DNA from: Folioceros fuciformis
Taxonomy: Eukaryota
Length of the DNA: 64,000 nt
Direction: 5' to 3'
NCBI GenBank assembly: GCA_049999805.1
Contig: JBNGIO010006283.1
Span: forward strand, 234,742-298,741
Numbering within the stretch: position 1 is the first letter of the stretch; every line of letters begins with the position of its first letter. The notes beneath the pieces are model-generated. The model was not told the origin of the DNA. It searched no databases and saw only the letters and a list, made by a program, of their open reading frames with translations. Below are positions 45,486-61,962 of this stretch, one piece after another. A program made the translations under genes and the position numbers.

Positions 45486-46547
45486 GTGCTGGAAGAATGC
45501 ATCACCTGGCCATGAGGAATTTGTAGGTGTGGTAGAAAAGAAACTAAGCTTTCTCATAAGGAACACAGCTTCGCTTGGTTTCCAAAGTAATAGGGTTTAG
45601 GGTTTAGGTTTTGTTCTTCGTTGTCTCTGAGAGATGTGGCCATGGCTTAGGCTCCATCCAAAACGTAGTTATGATTGAGGCAATGATTGATGCAATGCAT
45701 GATGGTGGAGCTTGGCGGCTCTGTAGCCTTGTGCATGCGTTGAAGGAACCTCGAAAAAATCCTAAATGAGCAAACCCTAACTCCTAACCCTGGAAGCCCG
45801 ATGGATGAATGTAAAATGATAGTCATTGAATGTTTGAGAACTCTTTTTAAGAAAAAACTTTTAGAGAGATATGAATGTCATGTGGAAAAACGTGACATCT
45901 CGTGAAAACCATAAAATAATGCACCCTTCTCTTTATCCCGTTTGGTATGTCATAGACATTACCAATAAATATTTTTAATTACATATCAATCAGTTATATT
46001 ATTTTATAATATTTAATTCTGATATAAAATACAATTTATTTTTTCAACATATAAACCTCTTCATAATTTATAATGTTGTTCAAGGTTTAAGAAAAAACAA
46101 TTTACTTGGAACTTGGGTTGTTTAGGGTGGGCTCTTTCATGCATGCCAAGCTGAACTTATTAGAAGGCTGGGTACAAACGATACGAGATTCACATGTGAT
46201 GACTAAGCACATCGTTAACCTGTGTTATATTTTATTTAACGAAGAATCTTGGGAGACACGAATTCTCTTGGCGACTCGGTTCTTGAGTACTTAGCGCAAG
46301 GGCATCCTTCCCTTGCGGGACCCCAAGCAGGACGTTAATCCAGAGCTCTCGATTTGGCCTACCCCATTTGGACAGCATTTGGAAGCTTTTAAGGGTGACG
46401 TGTTGGTCCGAGCGTCAAGCTGGATTTACAAAACTGCATCCCAAAATTGAGACATCAAACCTAAACGAGGCTACTGTTTGTACCCTCATCCAGCCAAGGC
46501 TGGTGTTCTTAACTCCAAATTGAGTTCAAGAACGTTATCACATCCGT

Positions 46548-51293
<4,746 letters not shown>

Positions 51294-51727
51294 TGCAGCG
51301 TGCCTGCCTTCTCCTCAGGCATCAAGTTCAGACATCTGTCGCCAGGAGAAGCTCCTGAATCCCGGCAAAACGATGGAAAGGAAGGTTGGAAAGGGAGTGA
51401 AAAAACATAGACGTCGTCAGTTGAGCGAAAAAGATCAATGCAGACGAAAAACTGAAATCCTCGGGAGAGAAAACCTCGGATGGTACAGTGTCTGTGTACT
51501 CTTGTTCTGATATGGCGTTTTAGGTCTGTCAACTTGTCCCTACCTTGCAACCCCTTGCAGAGCGAAGTTGATTTGTAACTAGACGCATATCCCTTTTGAT
51601 CGGCACTTGGTAGGTTGGGCATGTCTAAGCCATGTGTGAGGAGGTGGTCTTTGCGGGTCACCGATACAAGCTTCACGCAATTGGGTCTCACATGTCGATT
51701 TGCTGCAGGGGCAGACCTCGTATCCGG

Positions 51728-52626
51728 AGATACTTGGCAGGTGGAGGAGTCGTGCAAGAAGGGGGAGCTGAAGATGGTGCACTTTTGCAGAGAGCTGCTG
51801 CAGGCCTGTGTGGAAGAGAAGGCCCTTGGACACGTGCAGCTCGTGAATGCTCGTGGGGCAGAAGAAGGGATGGTGTTGAAGAGGTCTGCGAGTGACGTAC
51901 TGGTGGCTCCTCTGAAATGTGGGAGGGTTTGAGGAATTGGCTCAAATTGTTTCGCAGCTTGCGTCAACGAACTGCTGGATGTGGTTACTGTTCGTTATCG
52001 GCTACTCTATACAAGGACACTGTGAATCAAGCTTGCTAGGGTTTGAGGACAACATGCGGAGGGCAGGCGTGAAGACGAGCGTCATTACCTTCATGGTGCT
52101 CCTCTCGTGATGCACGCTCGCCGGGAAGGTGGAAGACCGGTTTGCACTTCTTCGAGGGCATGAGCAGGGATTACGGAATGTATCCTGTAGTGGGGCATCA
52201 TGTGTGTGTGCTCAATCTTGCCCCGGGACGGGCAGATCGTCTGATTCTGAGCATGCCGAAGCCTCCTACTGCACAGGTTTGGCTATGTCTGCTGAGCACC
52301 TGCCGGATGGACGATAGATAACCTGCTACTGGCGCGGCGTGCCTTCTACTGCGCCGTGGCTCTGGCTCTCGGACAGGGTGCGCCTTATGTCGGCAAGACG
52401 AACATGGATGGCCGTGCTGGCATGCGGAACCATGCGGAGGAGATCAGTGAGTTCAGGCAGGAAGCCCAGACGTGGAAGAAAGCCTGTGAACGTGAACGCT
52501 GGATCGAGCACTAGCGTCAAATGCACATTCGTCATTAGAGACCGCATGCATCAACAAATGGCAGCCTTGTATGCAGTGATCCACACTGTCAGCTCCAAGT
52601 TTCAGGATCAGCGATCTGTATTCTAA
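51728..52626 (+). pseudogene. Internally deleted, degenerate PLS-E/E+ PPR pseudogene
   Basis: Broken frames give VEESCKKGEL..RELLQACVEEKAL..KCG, MRRAGVKTSVITFMVLLS*, FFEGMSRDYGMYP, VWLCLLSTCR, ARRAFYCAVAL, RWIEH*, TFVIRDRMHQQMAALYAVI. Confidence 0.8.
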
Positions 52627-53075
52627 AATCGCTCTGCCGACGCCATGATCCATCCAATGGCAGCCAAGATGTTGATCAATGGTGAAACGTACAGCGCCTG
52701 CACCTCTACACGATGCCAGTTCTGTCATGCACCGTGTGATCCCGTCACCCAAGGCAGACATGGTGTGTACCTACGTACACATACTGGTACACTTTCCATA
52801 TTGATGTACGGTCACCGGGCGTGGATAGGTGATGGCTTGTTATTTTTGGCGTTCCCTGTCCGTCTCGTCCCAAGTGCCCTTCGTGTCCTGAACCCTTTCA
52901 TTTCTGGCATCATTTCCTTTCCGTCATTTCTGACTTAGCACATGCGGTAACGGGCTCTCTCTCCTCTCTCCCCATCATCGCAGGAGCACCTGGCAGTTCG
53001 TCGAGATAGTTCACGCACTCAGGACCAGGAGCAACAATTCCGCTGCGCGCCTGCCCCAAATCTTGGAGCAGTGCC

Positions 53076-55722
53076 ATGGCATCGCGTCCACACAATGTGG
53101 GAATTCTGGCTGTCGATGTCTATTTTCCCTCCGCCTACGTGAGCCAGGTATGTGCCCGCCATTTTCCTGCTCGAGGCGCTGCTTGCTGCGCCTGGCTGTC
53201 CCTACGGGCGTCAAGGGCTTGAGAATCTTGAGATCTCTGCGGAATGCAGGCGGAGCTGGAGATTCACGATGGAGTGGGTCAGGGGAAGTACACCATCGGG
53301 CTTGGCCAGACGAATCTCGCATTTTGCTCCGATTCGGAGGACGTGGTGTCAATGAGGTACTCGGGGAGTTTTTGTGCGCGCTTTGGAGGTTTTCTGGACA
53401 CCTCGGGCTTGTCTCTGGCTGTCGCTGACACCGCGCTGTCTTCTTAAACAGCCTCACTGTGGTGCAATCGCTGCTTGAGAAGTACAATGTCGCTCCGGAT
53501 CGAATTGGTAGGTTGGAAGTTGGCAGTGAAACCGTTGTTGATAAGAGCAAGTCGATCAAGACTTTCCTCATGCAACTGTTCGAGGTACGTCGCTGCTGTG
53601 ATTTTTCCTGTCTGTCGTTGTGGGTCAGTGTTGTGGCCGAGGTTACGATGTTTGGTTGCCTGCAGGATAGTGGCAATGGAGACATTGAAGGAGTGGATTC
53701 GACCAACGCCTGCTATGGGGGAACGGCTGCTCTCCAGAATTCTCTTAACTGGGTGGAAAGCAGTGCATGGGATGGACGTTTGGCTCTTGTGGTCGCTGCA
53801 GATGTGGCTGTGAGCATCTCTTTTCTGCCAGCCTTGAACTTCTCTCCTTTTTGCTTGTCGTTTTTCCTGTTTTAAGCTTGTGACTGGGTTGGTAGACGGC
53901 TGGGGTGCAAGCTTGCTTGACAGCGTTTGTGCCTGCTACCGCTGAAGGTTTATGCCGAGGGAGCTGCCCGGCCCACCGGAGGTGCAGGTGCTGTTGCTCT
54001 GTTGATTGGGCCAAACGCGCCTCTAGTATTTGAGCGTAAGTACACTGGGACACACATGGCTCATGTCTTTGACTTCTACAAGCCAGACCCGCACAGCGAA
54101 TATCCAGTCAGTGTCAAACTCTCTTTGGTTTAATTGGTATGTTTTTATTGAAGACGTCCTCTTGCCACGCAGTGAGGCAATGGAGGGTCATCCCTTTGAT
54201 TCTCAGCTCCTCCTTATCCTGATGCATAACTCTTCTTGGCACCGTCTGGTTGCAGGTTGTTGATGGGAAGTTGTCCCAAGTTTGTTATCTGAGGGCACTG
54301 GACCTATGCTACCAGCGGTATGCAACCAGGTATGTCACGTGAGGTCACGCATGCAAATCTTATTCGTTCTGCCGGAGTATGGCCAAGTAAACTGCAAACT
54401 CTTGGCTTTGCAGATTCGAAAAGCATGAAGGCAAACAGTTTTCCTTGGGAGAAGCTAACTACCTTGTCTTCCACTCTCCTTACAATAAGGTACCAGCGGT
54501 GAAGTCCTGGAGTTTCTTCGCAGTTGAAATGAGTGCATCATAATTTGCTGCTTGTTCGCGTCTACAGCTTGTTCAGAAGAGCTATGCCCGCCTTGTCTAC
54601 CAAGACTTCCTGAAAAGTGCTAGGTGGGGAGATGGACTTGTTTTGTGTTCCACTGTCGTATTACCTAAAGGCTGTCGTGTCTACTCTTCTACTCTTGACT
54701 GAAAATGTGGTGTTTATATGGGTTGGCTGTCTGTAGCCATGTGACTGAGGATGTGGCAGAAAAACTTAAGCCATTTGCCGGGCTGACCCATGAAGAGAGC
54801 CTCAGTCACCGGGATCTTGAAAAGGTGCTGTGTTTTCCCTTGGTTTGTGTTAACTTTTATGAGGAAATCAATTGTTCCTCGTAGCTTGATAGTAGTTTGT
54901 TTGTTTGCTGTGTTTCACCTGAGAACAGGAGGCATGGGGAGTGGCCAAGCCTGGATATAACGTGAAGGTGGCACCGAGTACAGTTCTGCCCAAGGAAATA
55001 GGGAACATGTATTGCGCGTCCCTGTACGCTGGGTTTGCGTCCCTGTTGCACAAACAGTCTGATTCACTGGTAAGTGTTGTGTGGATTTGACTGTTTTAAG
55101 CATGGCTAACAAGAGCCCAGTGCAAACACGCACATCGCAGACAAGGTCTCCTATGATTCGTCTCTTGGAGCAAGTGGGGGGAGTGAAGTATCTGATCGGC
55201 AAGAAAAAATATTTGCAGGAAGGCAAGCGAGTGCTGCTGTTTTCGTACGGAAGCGGTTTAGCTGCGACACTCTTCTCCCTCCGTGTGCAGGAGGGTGAAA
55301 AACCCTTCAGTGTTGCACACATCGCAAGCGTCTTGGATATCGATGAGAAGCTGAAATCTCGGATCCAGGTATTTGACTAATCCCTGATGTTGTATTGCTC
55401 CGACAGCGAGAAGTCTGGCAGAGTCTAGATTTGTGCTCGTGGGCATATTGTTTCCAGTGTCATTGAATGCCCTTGTCGCTCCACGCTTAGTCGCCCCTTC
55501 GTTTCTGCCGTGCGCGAGCAGGTAACACCCTCCGAGTTCGTGAAGACTATGCAACTGATGGAAACACGATATGGCGCCAAAGACTACGCCCCAGTCAGCG
55601 ACCGTGAACGGATGCGGCCAGGGACATTCTATCTAACGCAGGTGGATGCCAAGTACCGACGCACCTACGCCCGAGAGCCCGCGGAGAAGGGAGCTGTTGT
55701 AGCAAATGGTTCCGTTCGCTGA
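53076..55722 (+). CDS. HMGS: Hydroxymethylglutaryl-CoA synthase, multi-exon
   Basis: [58 protein letters not shown] (catalytic Cys), [33 protein letters not shown]. Confidence 0.96.
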
Positions 55723-55833
55723 CACTGTTGGTGATAAAGGCTCGATTCACACCAGCCTGACACACTATTACCACCCTGCCATCCTCACTATTACCACCCT
55801 GCCATCCTCACTGTCGCTTTACATCCCGGTGAG

Positions 55834-56031
55834 ACATTTGGGCCACACTGGCGCTACATCTGGGCCACAGTGGCGCTACATTTGGGCCACACTAGCGCTA
55901 CATTTGGGCCACAGTTGCGCTACGTTTGGGCCACAGTTGCGCTACGTTTGGGCCACAGTTGCGCTACATTTGGGCCACAGTGGCGCTACATTTGGGCCAC
56001 ACTGGCGCTACGTTTGCTCCACAGTCTCGCT
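55834..56031. repeat. 22-bp minisatellite, about 9 units
   Basis: acatttgggccacagtggcgct with units starting at 55834, 55856, 55878, 55900, 55922, 55944, 55966, 55988 and a degenerate one at 56010. Confidence 0.95.
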
Positions 56032-56259
56032 TGAGATCTTGGTGACCTGGTCTGCATTTGTGGCTTGGGTCTCGGACCCGTTTTTCTCAATCCTCGTAAA
56101 AGGTTTGAGGGTGTCTCAAAAGTAATAGAGGAAAGAGAACGATTCATAACAAACATCTTCTTGGAAGAGGAGTTTCCAACTAAAGATATTGGAGAGTGGA
56201 TAGGTTTCATTTGAAAGATCCTATCTTATTGTCATATCAAAATCTTCTCGGAAGAGGTG

Positions 56260-56347
56260 TTTCAAGTCAATAGAGGTTTAGTTTTCCGCAGTTTAGTTTT
56301 CCTCTATTGACTTGAAAACTGCGGAGAAAGGTTTCCTCCGCAGTTTT
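56260..56347. repeat. Two abutting perfect inverted repeats (17-bp and 12-bp arms)
   Basis: tttcaagtcaatagagg (56260-56276) pairs with cctctattgacttgaaa (56301-56317). aaaactgcggag (56315-56326) pairs with ctccgcagtttt (56336-56347). Confidence 0.9.
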
Positions 56348-56374
56348 GGACGTAACACATCTGCCCCCTCCAGT

Positions 56375-56458
56375 CGTAGGGTGCCATCTAGGTGTCTCGA
56401 TTGAGACAAACNNNNNNNNNNCGTAGGGTGCCATCTAGGTGTCTCGATTGAGACAAAC
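56375..56458. other. Assembly gap (10 N, 56412-56421) with duplicated flanks
   Basis: cgtagggtgccatctaggtgtctcgattgagacaaac occurs on both sides of the Ns. Confidence 0.9.
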
Positions 56459-56571
56459 CTTAGGGTGTGATAATATTTTCTCCCTCACACGTTCGGATCC
56501 GTCTCTCTCCACTCACAATCATTCAGCATCCATCCTCCAGATGCAGTGTTCACAAGAGGACCTCGCCGTTC

Positions 56572-56800
56572 ACCTTTTTGTCTTCCATGCACACATCTCT
56601 CTCACCTCCCCGCACACCCATAACCTTTTTGTCTTCTGTGCACACCTCTCTCGCCTCCATGCACACCCCCAACTCTCGCCTCTATGCACACCCCCAACCT
56701 TTCTATCATTTGTGCACACATCTCTCTCACCTCCATGCACACCCCTAACCTTTCTATCTTTTGTGCACACATCTCTCTCACCTCGATGCATACCCCTAAT
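56572..56800. repeat. ~51-bp degenerate pyrimidine-rich tandem repeat, 4-5 units
   Basis: Recurring ctttctatcttttgtgcacacatctctctcacctccatgcacacccctaac. Confidence 0.85.
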
Positions 56801-59039
56801 CGGTTTCATTTCTGGGTTTTCACCATTCCAATCCACAACTTTATGAAGGGGACGTTCTTTCTTGCCTTCCTTGGCTATGCAATCATGTAGATGTGAGGAG
56901 AACAAGGGGGACAAACAAACGACGATAGGAGGTTTGCACAACCTTAGTGGGGAATGAAATGCCCATCTTTATTTCACAGCCCATGAGGGCTAGGCAAAGC
57001 TACATAGGGTCTCACTCCACAACACACATGCCCTTATGGCACTGGATAGGTCCCCCCACTAGACTGGACTATAAAGAGGGAAGGAGGCAAATGCCTGTCC
57101 ACTCCCACAGAGTGGCCTCCTCTTGTGTCCAAGCATTAGGTAGGCATGCGGTATGCAAGTTGACAGTTTGCATAGGACATAAGACTGGTGCTTTCATGCA
57201 TGGGCTTGAATAGGAGATACCCCCTTCAAGATCTCTGATCATGACGTCTTGGGGGGGTAGGAGATAATTGTGGAGTGGAATTCCGAAAATAGCTCATTCT
57301 TTGGCCTTCGGCTCATAGTATGAGATAGAGTTTCTCATCTCTTCTTTCAATAAAGTATACTCCTCTCTATATGTTGCCTTGTACATGCATATTTCAAGAT
57401 ATTAAAAATAAAAATAATTAATTCAAGCTCTTCGTGGAAATATTTTATTTTTAAAATATGTATATATATAAATTTCAAATCAAAGCTATCAACCTAATAT
57501 GCTTTCATGCCAAAAAAAACATCTTATTAAACGCTAGGTTGGGTTTTGTGTCCTGCCCTAAGCAGGATATTGTATGGGCGTTTCGACCCGGCCGAATCGT
57601 ACAGCTCGAGCCCTGTGGAGTTCATGAGTTCTGTTCCTTTGCGGCATCTTAAGAGCTTTGTGTATTTCACATCTGGCTCTTTGCTGCCTCGAGTCCAAAT
57701 GACCCAAGAGCGCGAAGATTCCAAGTTGGATGGCACGAGCAAAAAATCAGACCCCGGGTTGCTGTGCACATCTGTCCACATGCATAGACGTGAGAGAGGG
57801 ATCTAGCAGCAAGGCAAGTAGGCTGGATGCAACGCAAAACCGGGTGAGCTCGTCGGAACCCAAACAAACAAAAAAAAAGGGGCATGCAGGGAAGGCTCTT
57901 GAAGAAACCGATCGACAGTCCCTGGCCTCGCGCGCTGGTAAGCAGCAGACTGTGGATTGCTTTGGCAGCTGGCATTGGAATCAACTATGAATTCGGGGCA
58001 CAGATGCCGCGGCGGTGGCAACGTCACACAGTGGGAGAGACATGTGGAACGGAGAGAGACGTCGGGGGTAGAGCCAGGTGGCAAGTGGAAATGCGGGGAT
58101 CCAATCCACACCCACAGCCCCCGGCGGGCAAAATATGCGCACCGTGTAGGTCGCGATCAGATCTGCGAGCTGGGAGCGTTCCGCAGCCCTGCCGGCATCC
58201 GTCCTTCGCTCGCTCGTACCAGCCTGGATTGGACGGAATGGAATGGAATGTGTGACGAGCCAGCCAGCAAGATGCCTTCAACGGTTAGGGCTGGCCGGGC
58301 AGTGAATGCGATGAGAGGGAGGGTGAAAACGTAAGGCAACGCGTGCTTCCTGCAGTAGGTTTGGTAATGGACGTGGCCCCGGTCGCCGCCCTTGGACGGG
58401 CTGCTTCCGGTCCTCCGTCAACGTGCGGACTGCGCAGCCCTGGGCTCAAAACCAGGGCGTGACCCACCCGCCCACCACCGGGGGTAGCCGGTGCGTCATC
58501 GCAATCGGTAAGCAGCCTATGGTGTACCGTGCTCCCAACAATCTTGTGGTACGAGTTTTACACCACCTTTTTGTCAGTCGTACATGCATTCTCCCTTGCC
58601 CTTGGCTGTTGCCTGCACGGCCCTGTTTGCTTCCATTTAAGGACGCGTCTCATAGCCGGGCGAATTGTCTCAGTTCTAGGTCTCCTTGCCTCATTTACTC
58701 TTCGCCTCTGCTCTTGCTCGGCCTGAGCAGGTGGGTGCGGGAGGCCGGTTGGGGGGGGTGGAGCTGGGGACTGTGAATCGCGGCAGCTGCCATTCACGAT
58801 TCCATCGCATTCGCGACACTGCAGCTGAGGGGATTCGCGTCTCCAGCTGCGGTCCCGTGAGGTGAGGTGAGGTGAAGTGAGACGCGTCTCGTAGCCAGTG
58901 TACGGCATCTGCGCGGCCATGGCTGCCGAGAGCAGCACTGCGGAGTGAGGCCTTGCACGCCAAGCAAGGCGGCAGCGGGGGTGGCAGTGTGGGAAGAGCT
59001 CGGCAGGCCTGCTGCACAGCTGAGGCGGGGTCGGGAGCA

Positions 59040-60904
59040 ATGCAAATGCAGGTGGTTTCGTACCGGGCTGTTGCCGCAGCGGCAGCCACTCCCGACAGCC
59101 AGGTGCAGCAGCAGAGGGCCGGGGGAATCGCCGGCGGCAGCAGCAGCAGTAGCATCGGGAGCTTCTTCCAAGGAGACAGATGCGGGGGCCTGAAGGAGGC
59201 GGTGGCCAGCAGGAGCAGGAGCCTGAGCAGGAGTGGGAGCACTAGGTGGTGTGTCAGGGCGGCCAGCGCGGCGGGGAGCGGGATTGCCACGGAGGACCGG
59301 GCTGGCTTCGTGGCGCAGGCTTCGGCCTCCGGGAGGATCATCGTTCCCTCCGAGCTCAGGGTGTACGATGTGGTTGCGAAGCAGGCGGCTTTGGTGGAGC
59401 AGCAAATCCGGGAGCGGAAGCAGGAGGCTCTGCTGCTGGCGAAGGAGAAGGTGAAGCTGGCCAAGGCGGCGCCGTCCCCTCAGCTGCTGGAGGAGGCTTA
59501 TGTGAGGTGTGGTCAGGTTTGCGCGGAGTACGCCAAGACATTTTATCTCGGTATGTGTGTTGTCGGTGGTGTGTCGCCGTCTCGAGTCGGAAGCAGCAGT
59601 GGTGGATGAATTGAAGTGCGAATGTCTGTAATTGTGTGCAAGCTGATTCACAGTCTGCTTTCAGGGACTAAACTCATGACTCCGGAGAGGCAGCGGGCCA
59701 TCTGGGCGATGTACGGTAAGCGCACTGCTGTGTGCAGGGGTGGAAGGCCGTGTCGTGTGTGTTTGGTTGTGAGAAGGTGGCTTATAGTAGTCTGTCCTTT
59801 CGCACAGTGTGGTGTAGGAGAACGGATGAGCTTGTGGACGGGCCTAACGCATCTCGTATCACTCCCACTGCCCTGGACCGGTGGGAGGAGCGATTGGAGG
59901 ATGTGTTCCGTGGCCAGCCGTACGACATGCTGGATGCCGCTCTGGCGGACATGGTGGCCAAGTTCCCTGTCGATATCCAGGTATGGTAGCTCATCTTCAT
60001 TGTGCCGTCCCACGGGTGTCTTCCAGAGCGTATGACTCAGCGATGGCCTGCCGACTTGCCGCTTGTGGTGCAGCCGTACCGAGATATGATCGATGGCATG
60101 CGGATGGACCTTGTGAAATCGCGCTATGCCAACTTCGACGAGCTCTACATGTACTGCTACAATGTGGCTGGGACCGTGGGGCTTATGAGCGTGCCCATAA
60201 TGGGCATCGCTCCTGAGTCCAGGGCGACCACGGAAAGCGTGTATAGTGCAGCCCTGGCGCTGGGCATCGCCAATCAACTCACCAACATCCTGCGGGATGT
60301 CGGAGAAGAGTCAGTGTCGAACGCACGCCACTCAATTTTGTGCTGCCTCGCTTCCATGCCCTTGCTCTGACTCCTCTGTCTGGATGGATGGGTTGGTTGT
60401 GTGTCTCATCTCAACTCCAGTGCCCGGAGAGGAAGAGTGTATCTCCCCCAGGATGAACTTGCTCAGTTCGGCTTGTGTGACGAAGACATCTTCGCGGGCA
60501 GAGTGACAGACAAGTGGCGTGCCTTCATGAAAGACCAAATCACGCGAGCTCGATTGTTTTTCGCGGAGGCCGAGAGCGGCGTGGTGGAACTCGACAAGGA
60601 CAGCCGTTGGCCGGTGAGTGCTCCTCCCCGAGTCACCACCGAACAGCTGCTTGTTGCTGCATCACACGCCGTGCCTCTCTTCTAAGCTTTCCTTTTTTGT
60701 TCTTGTCGGCGTCAGGTGTGGGCTTGCCTGATGTTGTATCAGCAAATCCTGGACGAAATCGAGAGAAACGATTATGACAACTTCAGCAAGCGAGCTTATG
60801 TGGGTAAGGTGAAGAAGCTGTTTTCGCTTCCCACCGCTTACGTGAGAGCTCTTGTTCCTCCTCCCTCGTCCCTCAAGCCGCAGAAGCAACTATTCAAGGT
60901 CTAA
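59040..60904 (+). CDS. PSY: Phytoene synthase, plastid-targeted, multi-exon
   Basis: [112 protein letters not shown]. Confidence 0.96.
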
Positions 60905-61962
60905 CACGACCACTATACGTAAATCTCATTACTTGTCGATCGACTCCTCTCATCCTCTTCTTCTTTCTTGGCTTTTGCTACCTGACACGCTGACAAGCTG
61001 ACAAGCCGTAGCCCCAGCTCGCAATGGCCGCCCATTAAACATGTAAGTAACAATCCTGAAGAAGCAAGTCTCCGCCGAGGTCTTGGTTCATCCATCGGGC
61101 GGTACTGCAAAAGTAGCAGTTCCCATCTATGATTATTACATCTCTAGTAGGCCACTATGTATCATGGGATAGCCCAATTCATCTCACACCGTTGCGTGAG
61201 AACAGACAAAGAAAATTGTTCCGGGTCCAGGCGAGTGGAAGGGAAAGGTGTAACACCAGCGTGCACATCACCACAATCGATAACAGACACGGAGGAGAAG
61301 GGAGCGTCGGCATCTAGCCAGGCTGGCCGGCTGAGATATCCATGGCCAAATTGTCCAGAGTGTGGGATGTATCTTGCTGAATCTTGCGTGCATCTGAGGT
61401 GGCCGTACCCGTTGAATGAACACTGTCTGTGTTGGGAGTCTCCGCCCGGTACAGAGAGGTGGCTGAAGGTGGAGTTAAATGGCCCAGTTAACCGAGGAGC
61501 GTGTTGCTGTTTTTTGCCTAGGATCCGTCTCCTGGAGACTGCAGATGCCCCCTATTTAAGGAGAAGGTAGTAGCTAGTTCAGAGGTGTGCCGCGGACGTC
61601 GCAATTGTGGGCCTGGGCACCTGCAGAGGCAGCAACGATGTCTTGTCACTTGCAAGGCGTTGCAGCCTGATAGGTGTGTTGCGTCGACTGTGTGACTTGG
61701 ACGCCGCGAGCAGGAGCGATATCAATCAGGCAGTTGAATTCGCGATTCGCGACGGAGTCGACGTCAGACTGTGCGCTCCGGCTGTGATTGCAGTAAGCAG
61801 CAGCAGGATCTTTCGGGTTGTTTGCTGCAACAGCCTGAGACTGAGACTGAGCCTGAGCCAAAGGTGGTTGGGGATCCGAAGAGGAAGACAAACTTCCCAC
61901 ACGCGTAGTAAGCAAAGCCAAGGGAAATCCGGGCCGAGTAGCATATCCAGACCAAGAAAGCA

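Noticed and set aside
56375-56458. 37-bp direct repeat around Ns
   Set aside because: Same scaffolding artefact.
53076-60904. HMGS next to PSY as an isoprenoid gene cluster
   Set aside because: Cytosolic mevalonate and plastid carotenoid steps use different precursor pools, and no tailoring enzymes are adjacent; probably coincidental unless synteny or co-expression shows otherwise.
61941-61948. P1BS-like GCATATCC before AMT2
   Set aside because: A single degenerate 8-mer immediately upstream of the ATG is expected by chance.
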